From positions 1,788-65,787 of IMG/VR virus record IMGVR_UViG_3300037755_000473: DNA of 64,000 nt; one strand, 5' to 3'. A program made the position numbers and the translations under genes. The notes under the pieces are model-generated. The model worked only from the letters and a program-made list of their open reading frames with translations, was not told the origin of the DNA and searched no databases. Source of the stretch: a virus. Taxonomy: Duplodnaviria; Caudoviricetes. Below are positions 1 to 7,541 of this stretch, piece by piece (position 1 is the first letter of the stretch; the number at the start of each line of letters is the position of its first letter).

Positions 1-246
1 CAGTGCCCACCTGCTGTCGATCCCGTGCGCGTTGAGCCTACGCCACTGCTCGTTGGTCATCGCGCTGGTAATCACGCACACGGCTTCGTAGGGAGGGCCA
101 GCCAAGGTAAGCAGGACCTCCAGCTCGTCGGTCGTCATAACCCTCTCCTCATTACACACTGTGTAAACTGCCGGCTCGATGATAACGGCGTCCCACAGTT
201 GGTTAATCTCGTCGTCGGTGTAGTGCTCGGGGATGTTCTTCCTCAC
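1..246 (-). CDS. Partial hypothetical protein running off the left edge; in-frame second start at 138 (MTTDELEVLL...MTNEQW)
   Basis: GTG at 246 with GGAGGA RBS overlaps the stop of 243..809; in-frame ATG at 138 has its own GAGGAG RBS; frame is open to position 1. Confidence 0.6.
   Translation of the reverse strand, partial: MRKNIPEHYTDDEINQLWDAVIIEPAVYTVCNEERVMTTDELEVLLTLAGPPYEAVCVITSAMTNEQWRRLNAHGIDSRWAL
152..166. promoter_or_regulatory. Palindromic operator-like site TTACACACTGTGTAA
   Basis: Exact copy of the recurrent palindrome, directly upstream of the RBS for the ATG at 138. Confidence 0.75.
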
Positions 247-809
247 TGCCGTTCCTCCGTCTTGGTTCGAGTGATGTGCTGGTAAATCGCAAACAATTTA
301 CGGGCCGCGGGATGCACCGGGTTCGACCCTTGGGGCCGCAGTGCCTTGGATATCTCGCGCCATTCGCCAGGCCAGTAGCACCATGCCGCGCGCGGGGCGA
401 TATCGTGCAAGGTGTTTATATGCGCCTCGAGAATGCGCGCGGTGTTGTGCTGACGCGCTGCTCGTAACACCTGTGCTCTGAGTTTCACAGCACGTATGTA
501 GAGCTTGAATGCCGGTCGGTCGCTGACCCATCTGGAATTATTTCCTGGTGCTCGATGGTCAAAACACCAGCTCCAAACACGTGGTCGATTGTGGTCGGCT
601 TCGAGTTGGTCGAGCAGGGCTTTGCGAGCAGCGCCTTTGACCCCTGCTGCAAACGGGTGCGTCGCGACGTATGCCTTGAGCAATCGGTTGCGCAGTTGGA
701 CGCGGCGATGGTACGCAGCGTCGTAGTTTCCGTTCGGCTTCATGACTAAGTGCCTCTTTGCCGCCGTTTGGCGGTCATCATGTCCTGACGCGTCCATCAT
801 GTCCCGCAC
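243..809 (-). CDS. Hypothetical early protein (188 aa)
   Basis: Long ORF, stop/start overlap with the downstream gene. Confidence 0.7.
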   Translation of the reverse strand: MRDMMDASGHDDRQTAAKRHLVMKPNGNYDAAYHRRVQLRNRLLKAYVATHPFAAGVKGAARKALLDQLEADHNRPRVWSWCFDHRAPGNNSRWVSDRPAFKLYIRAVKLRAQVLRAARQHNTARILEAHINTLHDIAPRAAWCYWPGEWREISKALRPQGSNPVHPAARKLFAIYQHITRTKTEERQ

Positions 810-1060
810 AAACGAGCATGATAGACGCTGTGCCGGTGTGCGTCGCGTGCTCGGCGTCTATCAAGCCCATCTATTTCTAGTCGTGGATATAGGTATGAAT
901 GACGGGGAAAGATGCCTGGTCATGTCCAAACCAACTTTCTATCGTAATATATTATCTATAGATATGTAGTAATGATAGACGTAGAGACCTGACCTCGCGC
1001 GAACCTCCATAATTCTCTGCCTCGATCACGTCCATCATGTCCAGCACGTCACTTGGGCAC

Positions 1061-1075
1061 TTACACACTGTGTAA
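1061..1075. promoter_or_regulatory. Palindromic operator-like site TTACACACTGTGTAA
   Basis: Exact copy in a probably non-coding region. Confidence 0.75.
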
Positions 1076-1189
1076 AGAGCCTGCCCGTACCGCGCTGATG
1101 ATAACGCCTTGTTCCAAACACGCGTCGCCCTGCGACGCGCGAGGCACATAGGCACAAGGTCTCATAACCACTCCGTGACGGGGTGCTTA

Positions 1190-1205
1190 TTACACACGTG
1201 TGTAA
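1190..1205. promoter_or_regulatory. 16-bp perfect palindrome variant TTACACACGTGTGTAA
   Basis: Same half-sites as the 15-bp motif with one extra central base. Confidence 0.7.
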
Positions 1206-1230
1206 ACCCGGTTTCCCTACTCGTGTAGGC

Positions 1231-1261
1231 AAAAAAGACCCCGGCTTTGTGGGCCGGGGTC
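1231..1261 (-). terminator. Rho-independent terminator after 1281..1865
   Basis: GACCCCGGC/GCCGGGGTC stem followed by T6 on the - strand. Confidence 0.85.
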
Positions 1262-1280
1262 GAACCGCTCCGAGATCGAA

Positions 1281-1865
1281 CTAGACCTTGATGCTATGCG
1301 CCGAGCACAGCTCGCGGAGCGCGTCGCGGAATTCGCGCTCGACCTTGGTCATCTTGAACACACGCTTTGCGAACGCGGCGATCTGCGCCTTCGCGTCACC
1401 GCGTGACAGCTTGTCGGGGCTCGCGGCCTTCGACTTACCGCGCGTCGCGTGTTGCTTCGCCGCGGCATTGGGAGCCATCTTGCGAAGCAAGCGAGACAAC
1501 GCGATGCCGTCATGCCACGTGCATTTGCCCGCGCGTTGCTGAAACGCTCGCATCGCCTCTTCGAGATTGGCGTAGTTCACGAGCACCGATTTGTACTCGC
1601 TGCATCGCACGCTAGCCGACGTTCCGGCTTTCGTGCGGTCGCCCTTCCATTGCATCGTCTCGCACAGCGTGTCGAGAGTCGCGTTCACGTCCTGCGCGGG
1701 GATCGCTTTGCCCTTGTACTGGGCTCTCGCGATTTTTACACACTGTGTTAACAGCGAGCCCGACGCGTTCACTTCGCGCAGTCCCTTCGCGATTGCGCCC
1801 GTGATTGCGGACACAGCGTTACGGTTGACTTTCGGTGCGATCACTTCAGTTGCTACGGTAGCCAT
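1281..1865 (-). CDS. Hypothetical protein (194 aa, Ala/Lys-rich)
   Basis: Long ORF followed by a terminator; first gene of the leftward block. Confidence 0.8.
   Translation of the reverse strand: MATVATEVIAPKVNRNAVSAITGAIAKGLREVNASGSLLTQCVKIARAQYKGKAIPAQDVNATLDTLCETMQWKGDRTKAGTSASVRCSEYKSVLVNYANLEEAMRAFQQRAGKCTWHDGIALSRLLRKMAPNAAAKQHATRGKSKAASPDKLSRGDAKAQIAAFAKRVFKMTKVEREFRDALRELCSAHSIKV
1736..1750. promoter_or_regulatory. Operator-like site with one mismatch (TTACACACTGTGTTA) inside a CDS
   Basis: 14 of 15 bases match the recurrent palindrome. Confidence 0.5.
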
Positions 1866-2046
1866 TGCGTTTCACCTTTGATGTGTTGAGAGGAACATCC
1901 TCACCATACAGCTGCTAGGAAAGCACGCGACAGGCGCGAGCACGCCGTCACCCCACCCCCGGTACCGGACCAAAGGGACCCGCCGTGCCGTCGTCTCTTA
2001 TCCCCTTCGTCAACATGTCCCCTATAATTTTCATTCGTGTGCGCTA

Positions 2047-2076
2047 TTGACACACGAATGCTTCGCCACTTATTCT
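2047..2076 (+). promoter_or_regulatory. Putative sigma70-type promoter for the rightward block
   Basis: TTGACA-N18-TATTCT upstream of the RBS and ATG at 2104, in the divergent intergenic region. Confidence 0.5.
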
Positions 2077-2103
2077 CGCGATACACCAAACCACGGAGGC
2101 ACC

Positions 2104-2727
2104 ATGACCCACGAAGACCGAGGCATCCATTGGCCGCGCGAGAACTTCCCGTCGAAAGACCGGCTCATTGAGCTGCCGCCACTCGCTCTCGCCAGCACGA
2201 TTCAACTCACGCAGGGCCGAGCTCGCGCCATCCAGGCAGGAGGTCACGTCGGCTTGTGGCCGCTCGAGCTCTCCAAGCACTTCGCCGAGGTCTACACCTT
2301 CGAGCCGCACCCCGACTTGTTTCTGTGCTTGGTGCGAAACGTCCCGAGCAACGTGATTCCGATCAATGCGGTATTGGGACGTACTCCCGGCACAGCACCG
2401 TTCCTCGCGCGCGGGGGCACGGGTGGAGTCAGCTGCGTTAGCCCCGCGGTCACAAAGGACACCATCAACGTCGCGCGGGTGGTGGTGGACGACCTGGCTC
2501 TGGACGCGTGTGACTTGATCGTCTTGGACATCGAAGGGTCGGAGCTTGAAGCCCTGCTCGGGGCAAAAAATACCATCGAGAAGTTCTCCCCCGTGCTCCA
2601 CCTTGAAGTGTGGAACTCGATGGAGAAAAACAAACTGGGTCGCACGGAGGACTTATTTGCTTTGCTAGATTTATGGGGGTATCGGCAAGTCGGCGAGACT
2701 GGAAAAGACCGAATCTACGTGCGATGA
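2104..2727 (+). CDS. FkbM-family SAM-dependent methyltransferase (copy 1)
   Basis: AIQAGGHVG, YTFEP and DLIVLDIEGSE motifs; GGAGG RBS before ATG 2104. Confidence 0.85.
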   Translation: MTHEDRGIHWPRENFPSKDRLIELPPLALASTIQLTQGRARAIQAGGHVGLWPLELSKHFAEVYTFEPHPDLFLCLVRNVPSNVIPINAVLGRTPGTAPFLARGGTGGVSCVSPAVTKDTINVARVVVDDLALDACDLIVLDIEGSELEALLGAKNTIEKFSPVLHLEVWNSMEKNKLGRTEDLFALLDLWGYRQVGETGKDRIYVR

Positions 2728-3026
2728 CCGACGAAGAATTCTTCACCGCGATCTATCTCGTCTGCGGGTCTCTCCCCTCGAAGCCCGAGAAGCAGAAGAT
2801 GGTTACTTCGATGTCGACGATGTATCGGCGCAAGCTGCCTAACAACATGGAAGAGACCTGGCTCGTCGCTGACGAAGCCGAGTATGAAGCGCAGATCGAT
2901 TTGCGTGTGTTGCACGATCCTGCGTACATGCGCTACTTCGACAAGGCGGCAGCGCTCGGTATTAGGGTCGGGGAGTTCGGCAAGTATCTAGCATGGGCCG
3001 AGGCGTACGAGGCACGACGACAGTGA
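2724..3026 (+). CDS. Hypothetical protein
   Basis: ATGA overlap with the upstream gene. Confidence 0.65.
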   Translation: MTDEEFFTAIYLVCGSLPSKPEKQKMVTSMSTMYRRKLPNNMEETWLVADEAEYEAQIDLRVLHDPAYMRYFDKAAALGIRVGEFGKYLAWAEAYEARRQ

Positions 3027-3346
3027 AAGACCCCGCGCACTACGTCCGTACCGTTGTCGAGCTCGACTTCGGGCGACCGCTTGACGAGTTGCTCGCGCTG
3101 GTCCTCCTGGCGTGTGGACGGCCCCCGCCGATGAAGCCGTACGGGCCGGTGGGGCACTGGAAGCAGGCGGCGTCGAACATCTTGTTGGACAGCGTACCGG
3201 GGGCACGACGGGCGGATGTCTCGCGGTATATACACAACGTCGTGCTGATCGCGTTGAACTGGGCGAGGGGTAAAGGGCTCGGCAGCACGAATCAGATCGA
3301 GAGCTATGCGCTCCAGATCAAGTCGGCACGGAAGGCTTGGACGTGA
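3023..3346 (+). CDS. Hypothetical protein
   Basis: GTGA overlap with the upstream gene. Confidence 0.6.
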   Translation: MKDPAHYVRTVVELDFGRPLDELLALVLLACGRPPPMKPYGPVGHWKQAASNILLDSVPGARRADVSRYIHNVVLIALNWARGKGLGSTNQIESYALQIKSARKAWT

Positions 3347-3543
3347 ACAACGACGAGATCGTGACGGCAATCGTGCTCGAGCTTGCGGAGCAGTTTCCGC
3401 ACGGGCGTGGCACGAACGTCTACTCCGACCGGCGCGTGATCTTGTTTGCGTTGAAAAAATACACCACGCCGTGGGTCCCGTCGGAGTATCTGATTCAGGA
3501 TTGCATGCGGGCGTTGCTCGCGCCAGATTTCGAATACCGTTGA
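3343..3543 (+). CDS. Small hypothetical protein
   Basis: GTGA overlap with the upstream gene. Confidence 0.55.
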   Translation: MNNDEIVTAIVLELAEQFPHGRGTNVYSDRRVILFALKKYTTPWVPSEYLIQDCMRALLAPDFEYR

Positions 3544-3589
3544 CAATCGTGTGCGTATACGACACATTCACCAAACTTGAGGGAGTGGC

Positions 3590-3961
3590 ATGAGCAAGTA
3601 CATCATTCGGCCGACGCGGAAAGGGTTCGGGGTTTATCACGGCAGGACCGTCTTCGGTCGCATGAAGCTGGTGCAAGAGCACGAGCGGTTGTGGGACGCC
3701 GAGCAGCAGACGCTGCACATGGTCACGCAGGATCATCATCGGGAGCTCGACTATCGCCGCGTTAGCAACCAAGTCATGTCGACCAACATGATGGAGCCGC
3801 GCAACGATGAGGAGCATATCTACACAGCTCTCCTGCCCGCGGGCAAAAAGCCGGCGAACGTTGACGAGTCGGAGGAGTTCGCGCCGCGGGCTCGTTCGCG
3901 CCGCGGTGCTCGCTCGATGACAAACGCGCGAGCCAATCGGCGCAATCCGACATCATCGTGA
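3590..3961 (+). CDS. Hypothetical protein whose 3' end runs across a junction into acquired DNA
   Basis: GGGAG RBS; the ORF crosses the 13-bp duplication at 3877-3906. Confidence 0.55.
   Translation: MSKYIIRPTRKGFGVYHGRTVFGRMKLVQEHERLWDAEQQTLHMVTQDHHRELDYRRVSNQVMSTNMMEPRNDEEHIYTALLPAGKKPANVDESEEFAPRARSRRGARSMTNARANRRNPTSS
3877..3906 (+). repeat. 13-bp direct repeat GTTCGCGCCGCGG x2 (3877-3889, 3894-3906), junction signature
   Basis: Read directly; coincides with the start of a 5'-truncated tail gene. Confidence 0.8.
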
Positions 3962-4125
3962 CGTATCTGCGCGCGGGCTCCATGTACTTCCGTCGCCAGC
4001 GCGACCGCTACGCGATCGAATACACGTTGACCGATGACATCGCCGCAAACCGCACGCTCGGGCAATTCGGCATGAACTTGAAATTGCGCTTGCAGTGGCA
4101 ACTCGTCTCGACGCAAGGAGCTTAG
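3895..4125 (+). pseudogene. 5'-truncated remnant of a phage tail-associated protein
   Basis: Frame reads PRCSLDDKRASQSAQSDIIVTYLRAGSMYFRRQRDRYAIEY...GMNLKLRLQW, resembling the C-terminus of a phage tail-module protein recalled from memory; no start codon for this part, in-frame TGA at 3862. Confidence 0.6.
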
Positions 4126-4129
4126 CGCC

Positions 4130-4936
4130 ATGACCGCCGCCTATCTTTTCTACGCACCGCAATTTCGCCCGTTGTCGCCGGCCGGCGCGATCATGCCGAA
4201 CTGCTATTTGCAGTTTTATCTAACCGGCACGACGACGCCGACCGACATTTACGCCGACGCGGGCCTCACGACGCCGCTCGCCAACCCGCTCGAGGCGAAC
4301 GCGGCCGGCGAGTTCGTCGAGATTTACCTCGATCCGCTCATTACGTACCGCGTGCAACTATTCACCGAGGACGACGTGTTGGTGCGCGATACGGATCCGC
4401 TCGCGCCGCCGCGTGACTATCCGCCGGGCACGATCGTTTGGTTTTACGGTGACGCAACCGCGCGCGATGCGGCGTACCCGCCGGACCTTTGGCAGGTGCT
4501 CGACGGCACGAACGGCACGCCCGACGCGCGCGATCGCTTTCCGATCTTCGCGGGTGGCACGTACGCGGCCGGCGATATGGGCGGCGCCGCGGGCGCGACG
4601 TCGGCCGCGGGCGCGCACGATCACGGCGGCGCGGTTTCAGCCGAGGTGTTGACGCTCGCGCAAACTCCGTTGCACGGGCACCGATTGCTCGATCGAGGCG
4701 CCGGATCCGGCATCGCCGACGCAACGGGCCTGACCTCGGTGCAAAGCATCGGGGGTATTCGCAACGTCGCCGGGGGCGCATACGTCGAGGACAACTCGCT
4801 AGGTACTCCGTTCGTCGAGCCCGCCGGTTCAGGCGATCCGCACACCCACGATATCGCCGCGGAGCTCGATCACGATCACACAGTGACGTTGACGCCGCCG
4901 TTTATTGCACTTTGGGCGATGATGCGCCGCGCATGA
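4130..4936 (+). CDS. Tail fibre/spike protein (tailspike-type N-terminal anchor plus collar-like C-terminal region)
   Basis: N-terminal GTTTPTDIYADAGLTTPLANPLEANAAG anchor motif; PPGTIVWF...DGTNGTPDARDRF collar motif; H-x-H motifs; terminal PPFIALWAMMR. Confidence 0.75.
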   Translation: MTAAYLFYAPQFRPLSPAGAIMPNCYLQFYLTGTTTPTDIYADAGLTTPLANPLEANAAGEFVEIYLDPLITYRVQLFTEDDVLVRDTDPLAPPRDYPPGTIVWFYGDATARDAAYPPDLWQVLDGTNGTPDARDRFPIFAGGTYAAGDMGGAAGATSAAGAHDHGGAVSAEVLTLAQTPLHGHRLLDRGAGSGIADATGLTSVQSIGGIRNVAGGAYVEDNSLGTPFVEPAGSGDPHTHDIAAELDHDHTVTLTPPFIALWAMMRRA

Positions 4937-5355
4937 ACTACCGCCCGCGCCATTTCCTGTTGCAAGAGCTCGTGCCGCGCGAAGTATTCGACGCGCGCGG
5001 CAACGGCGCGTGGGAGCTGCTCGACGCGCGCGCGCTCATAACCGCCGATGCATTGCGCGATAAGTTCGGCGTGTGCGTCGTCAACGATTGGCACGAGGAT
5101 GGGCGATTCAACGAGTCGGGCTTTCGCGACTCCGCGTCGTCGACGGGCGCGAAATATTCGCAGCACCGCTACGGCCGCGGGCTCGATTGCAAATTCGCCA
5201 AAGCGACGCCGCGCGAAGTGTTCGACTATCTGCGCGCGCACGCGGAGGATTTTCCGTACCTGACGACGCTCGAGGACGTGGAAGCCACGCCGACTTGGCT
5301 CCATTTCGACGTTCGGAACAACTTCACGCCGGGCATACGGATCGTCAAACCATGA
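4933..5355 (+). CDS. Endolysin, peptidase M15-type Zn peptidoglycan endopeptidase
   Basis: SGFR...YSQHRYGRGLD...WLHFDVR zinc-binding pattern; next to holin-like genes. Confidence 0.8.
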   Translation: MNYRPRHFLLQELVPREVFDARGNGAWELLDARALITADALRDKFGVCVVNDWHEDGRFNESGFRDSASSTGAKYSQHRYGRGLDCKFAKATPREVFDYLRAHAEDFPYLTTLEDVEATPTWLHFDVRNNFTPGIRIVKP

Positions 5356-5750
5356 TCGAGCTAGATCCCGTTTCGATCGGCTTCAAGGTGTGGACCACCG
5401 TCAAGCCGTGGCGTCGACTCAAACAAGCGCGCAACCGGCGGCGTGCGCGTCTTGGCAAACCGCCGCTGATCATCACAGAGGACGACGACAACATGTTACC
5501 CAAGGGCACCATGACCTATACGGGCGCCGCCGGCGCGATCATCACGCCGATCGTAACGACGGTGCTCACCGCAGCGGGTATCGGAGAATGCACGGCGGCC
5601 GAGCTCGCGGCGGATCCGTCGTGCGTCGGCGCCTCGCAGCTCGCCGGGGCGCTGATCACGGCTGGCTTTGCGATCATCGCCGTCCTTGGCAGGAAACGTG
5701 CAGCAAAAAACCACGCGGCCGAACTTGAGGCCGCTAAGGGACTGTCGTGA
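5352..5750 (+). CDS. Holin-like membrane protein with basic N-terminal extension
   Basis: Two hydrophobic segments; directly follows the endolysin. Confidence 0.55.
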   Translation: MIELDPVSIGFKVWTTVKPWRRLKQARNRRRARLGKPPLIITEDDDNMLPKGTMTYTGAAGAIITPIVTTVLTAAGIGECTAAELAADPSCVGASQLAGALITAGFAIIAVLGRKRAAKNHAAELEAAKGLS

Positions 5751-6112
5751 CGCTCAACGGCAAAACGAAAATCACGGTCTCAATCGGTGCCGTCATCGCT
5801 GCGATTGCCGCGGCGTGGAGCGGCCATGAGTGGCTAGAGAAGCATCTTGCGGCGCAGTTCGTTTCCCCGGCCTACGCTCAGGACTTGAAAGAGCAGCTCG
5901 ACCAGGTGAAAGGCGACACCAACGATCTTAAGTCGCAAGTGCAGGATATTCGGGCACAGCAGATTGCGGGCCTGAACCATCGGGCGCACATGTTGCGTCG
6001 TGCGATATTCGGTCCGGCCGAGCTGTCGGCCGAAGACATCAAACGCGCGGCAGCAGCACTCGATGCGCAGAACGTTCCGCAATCCGGTCGGAGCATTGGA
6101 GCCAGCCGATGA
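5747..6112 (+). CDS. TM-anchored coiled-coil lysis-cassette protein (spanin-like, tentative)
   Basis: N-terminal TM segment followed by a heptad-like region. Confidence 0.45.
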   Translation: MTLNGKTKITVSIGAVIAAIAAAWSGHEWLEKHLAAQFVSPAYAQDLKEQLDQVKGDTNDLKSQVQDIRAQQIAGLNHRAHMLRRAIFGPAELSAEDIKRAAAALDAQNVPQSGRSIGASR

Positions 6113-6390
6113 ACCACGAAGTCGAAGCGTTCGAAGGCGAGCTCCGTCAGCTGCGTGAGCGGGAGCTCAAGCTCGCCAAGGTCGTCAACGCCTGCGAGGA
6201 ATACCTGTTCCGCAACCCGCAGAATGCGTTCGAGACGGCCGATGCCGACGAGATGTGCATCCTGAACCTCAAGAGGCTCGTCGAGGACCCCGCGGTCGCG
6301 AACTGGATGGACCGCATGCGCCAGGCCGGGAAAGCGCCCGTACGGCGATTTACGGACGGCACACCGCCCTTCGGGAAGGAACCCTCATGA
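6109..6390 (+). CDS. Hypothetical protein
   Basis: ATGA overlap with the upstream gene. Confidence 0.65.
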   Translation: MNHEVEAFEGELRQLRERELKLAKVVNACEEYLFRNPQNAFETADADEMCILNLKRLVEDPAVANWMDRMRQAGKAPVRRFTDGTPPFGKEPS

Positions 6391-6737
6391 GCCTGAAGGC
6401 CGTCGTCCAACAGCTGCGCCAGCTCCCGTACACGGAGATGAAGGCGCTCGCGGAGATTGTCAGCGGGAAAATCCCCGACCGGCCGTCTGAGATCAACATT
6501 GCAGACGCGCTCTCTTCCCTGCCGCAGATCACGAACGAGGAGCTCGACAACGAGCAGAGATTTCTCGCCACCTTCTTCAACAAGAAGCGAACAATCTCGA
6601 TCCGAACCGCTAATGGTGCCCACGGCCCGTGGACGGTATCGTGCGAAGGCGGTGTCGTCATTACGAGCGCGACCCTGCGCGGAGCACTGTCGGAATTTTT
6701 GGATGCACAAGCGGCTTACGTCGCACTGAGGAAATAA
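6387..6737 (+). CDS. Hypothetical protein
   Basis: GGAAGGA RBS, ATGA overlap. Confidence 0.65.
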   Translation: MSLKAVVQQLRQLPYTEMKALAEIVSGKIPDRPSEINIADALSSLPQITNEELDNEQRFLATFFNKKRTISIRTANGAHGPWTVSCEGGVVITSATLRGALSEFLDAQAAYVALRK

Positions 6738-6738
6738 C

Positions 6739-7107
6739 ATGCGCGCAGCACTTCGAGTTTTGGATGCACACAAGGTCAATCCCGTGAACGACGGTATTGT
6801 GATCGGCGTCATGGACGGACCTGGGCACGGCGGCGCGTCACACGAGTACCGCATCACGTTGCCCGACGGGCGCAACACGTTCATCAACTTCCAGAACGGA
6901 CCGATTAAAGAATCGGGCGTGAATGGACTCACGCACGAAGTGCTGCTTGCGATTCTGCTGGATCGCCTTGAAGGATTTCAGGCAGGACAGTACGCGTGTT
7001 GGGAAAACGCGGACGCACTGATCGACTTGGGCCGCGCGTTGAAGGTTCTGAAATCGCGCACCGAGAATCGAATTGCACGAGGCGTCGAAGGCACGCACGA
7101 GGTTTAA
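6739..7107 (+). CDS. tad1: Tad1-like anti-Thoeris signalling-molecule sponge protein
   Basis: GGASHEY, INFQNG, LLDRLEGFQAG, ENADAL and NRIARGVEGT match the conserved Tad1 pattern (GGAYHEY, FQKG, DRLKSFQAG, ENACAL, DRIERNVLGT). Confidence 0.85.
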   Translation: MRAALRVLDAHKVNPVNDGIVIGVMDGPGHGGASHEYRITLPDGRNTFINFQNGPIKESGVNGLTHEVLLAILLDRLEGFQAGQYACWENADALIDLGRALKVLKSRTENRIARGVEGTHEV

Positions 7108-7108
7108 G

Positions 7109-7276
7109 ATGGCACGAGCACGAATAGACGGGCACCGGCACCACGTGATTCTCACGGACCCCCAGCACAAGGGGCTCGAGAAACTCGCGTCGTCGACCGG
7201 CCTCACAACGTCTGAGCTGCATCGTCGGGCAATCGACATGCTCATCGCCGCGCACAAGAAGGAAAAGGCGAAGTGA
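7109..7276 (+). CDS. Ribbon-helix-helix (CopG/Arc-like) DNA-binding protein
   Basis: HHVILTDPQHKGLEKLASSTGLTTSELHRRAIDML fits the beta-strand plus two helices pattern. Confidence 0.7.
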   Translation: MARARIDGHRHHVILTDPQHKGLEKLASSTGLTTSELHRRAIDMLIAAHKKEKAK

Positions 7277-7458
7277 TTTTCGAGACAGTGATCCTCGTCC
7301 CGACACGAGTCGAAATCCACGCAGACAACCGCATCATTGCGAGTGAAGAAGCTCGTGAGATTGCGCGTCGCTATCCGCTGATCGGCGAGCACTGCGCGAA
7401 GGTGTTGTCGGTCAACGTCAAGCCGGGACAGGACCCCCCGCCGAAACGAGCCGCATAA
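7273..7458 (+). CDS. Small hypothetical protein
   Basis: GTGA overlap with the upstream gene. Confidence 0.55.
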   Translation: MIFETVILVPTRVEIHADNRIIASEEAREIARRYPLIGEHCAKVLSVNVKPGQDPPPKRAA

Positions 7459-7485
7459 AAAAGCCCCGGCTGTTACACCGGGGCT
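7457..7485 (-). terminator. Terminator-like hairpin with its U-tract on the - strand
   Basis: AGCCCCGG/CCGGGGCT stem preceded by an A-tract on the + strand. Confidence 0.6.
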
Positions 7486-7541
7486 CGGAGGCTGACGACG
7501 AGCAAGTTCACGACTGCGGGATTTAGTATAGGTCCAGAGCG

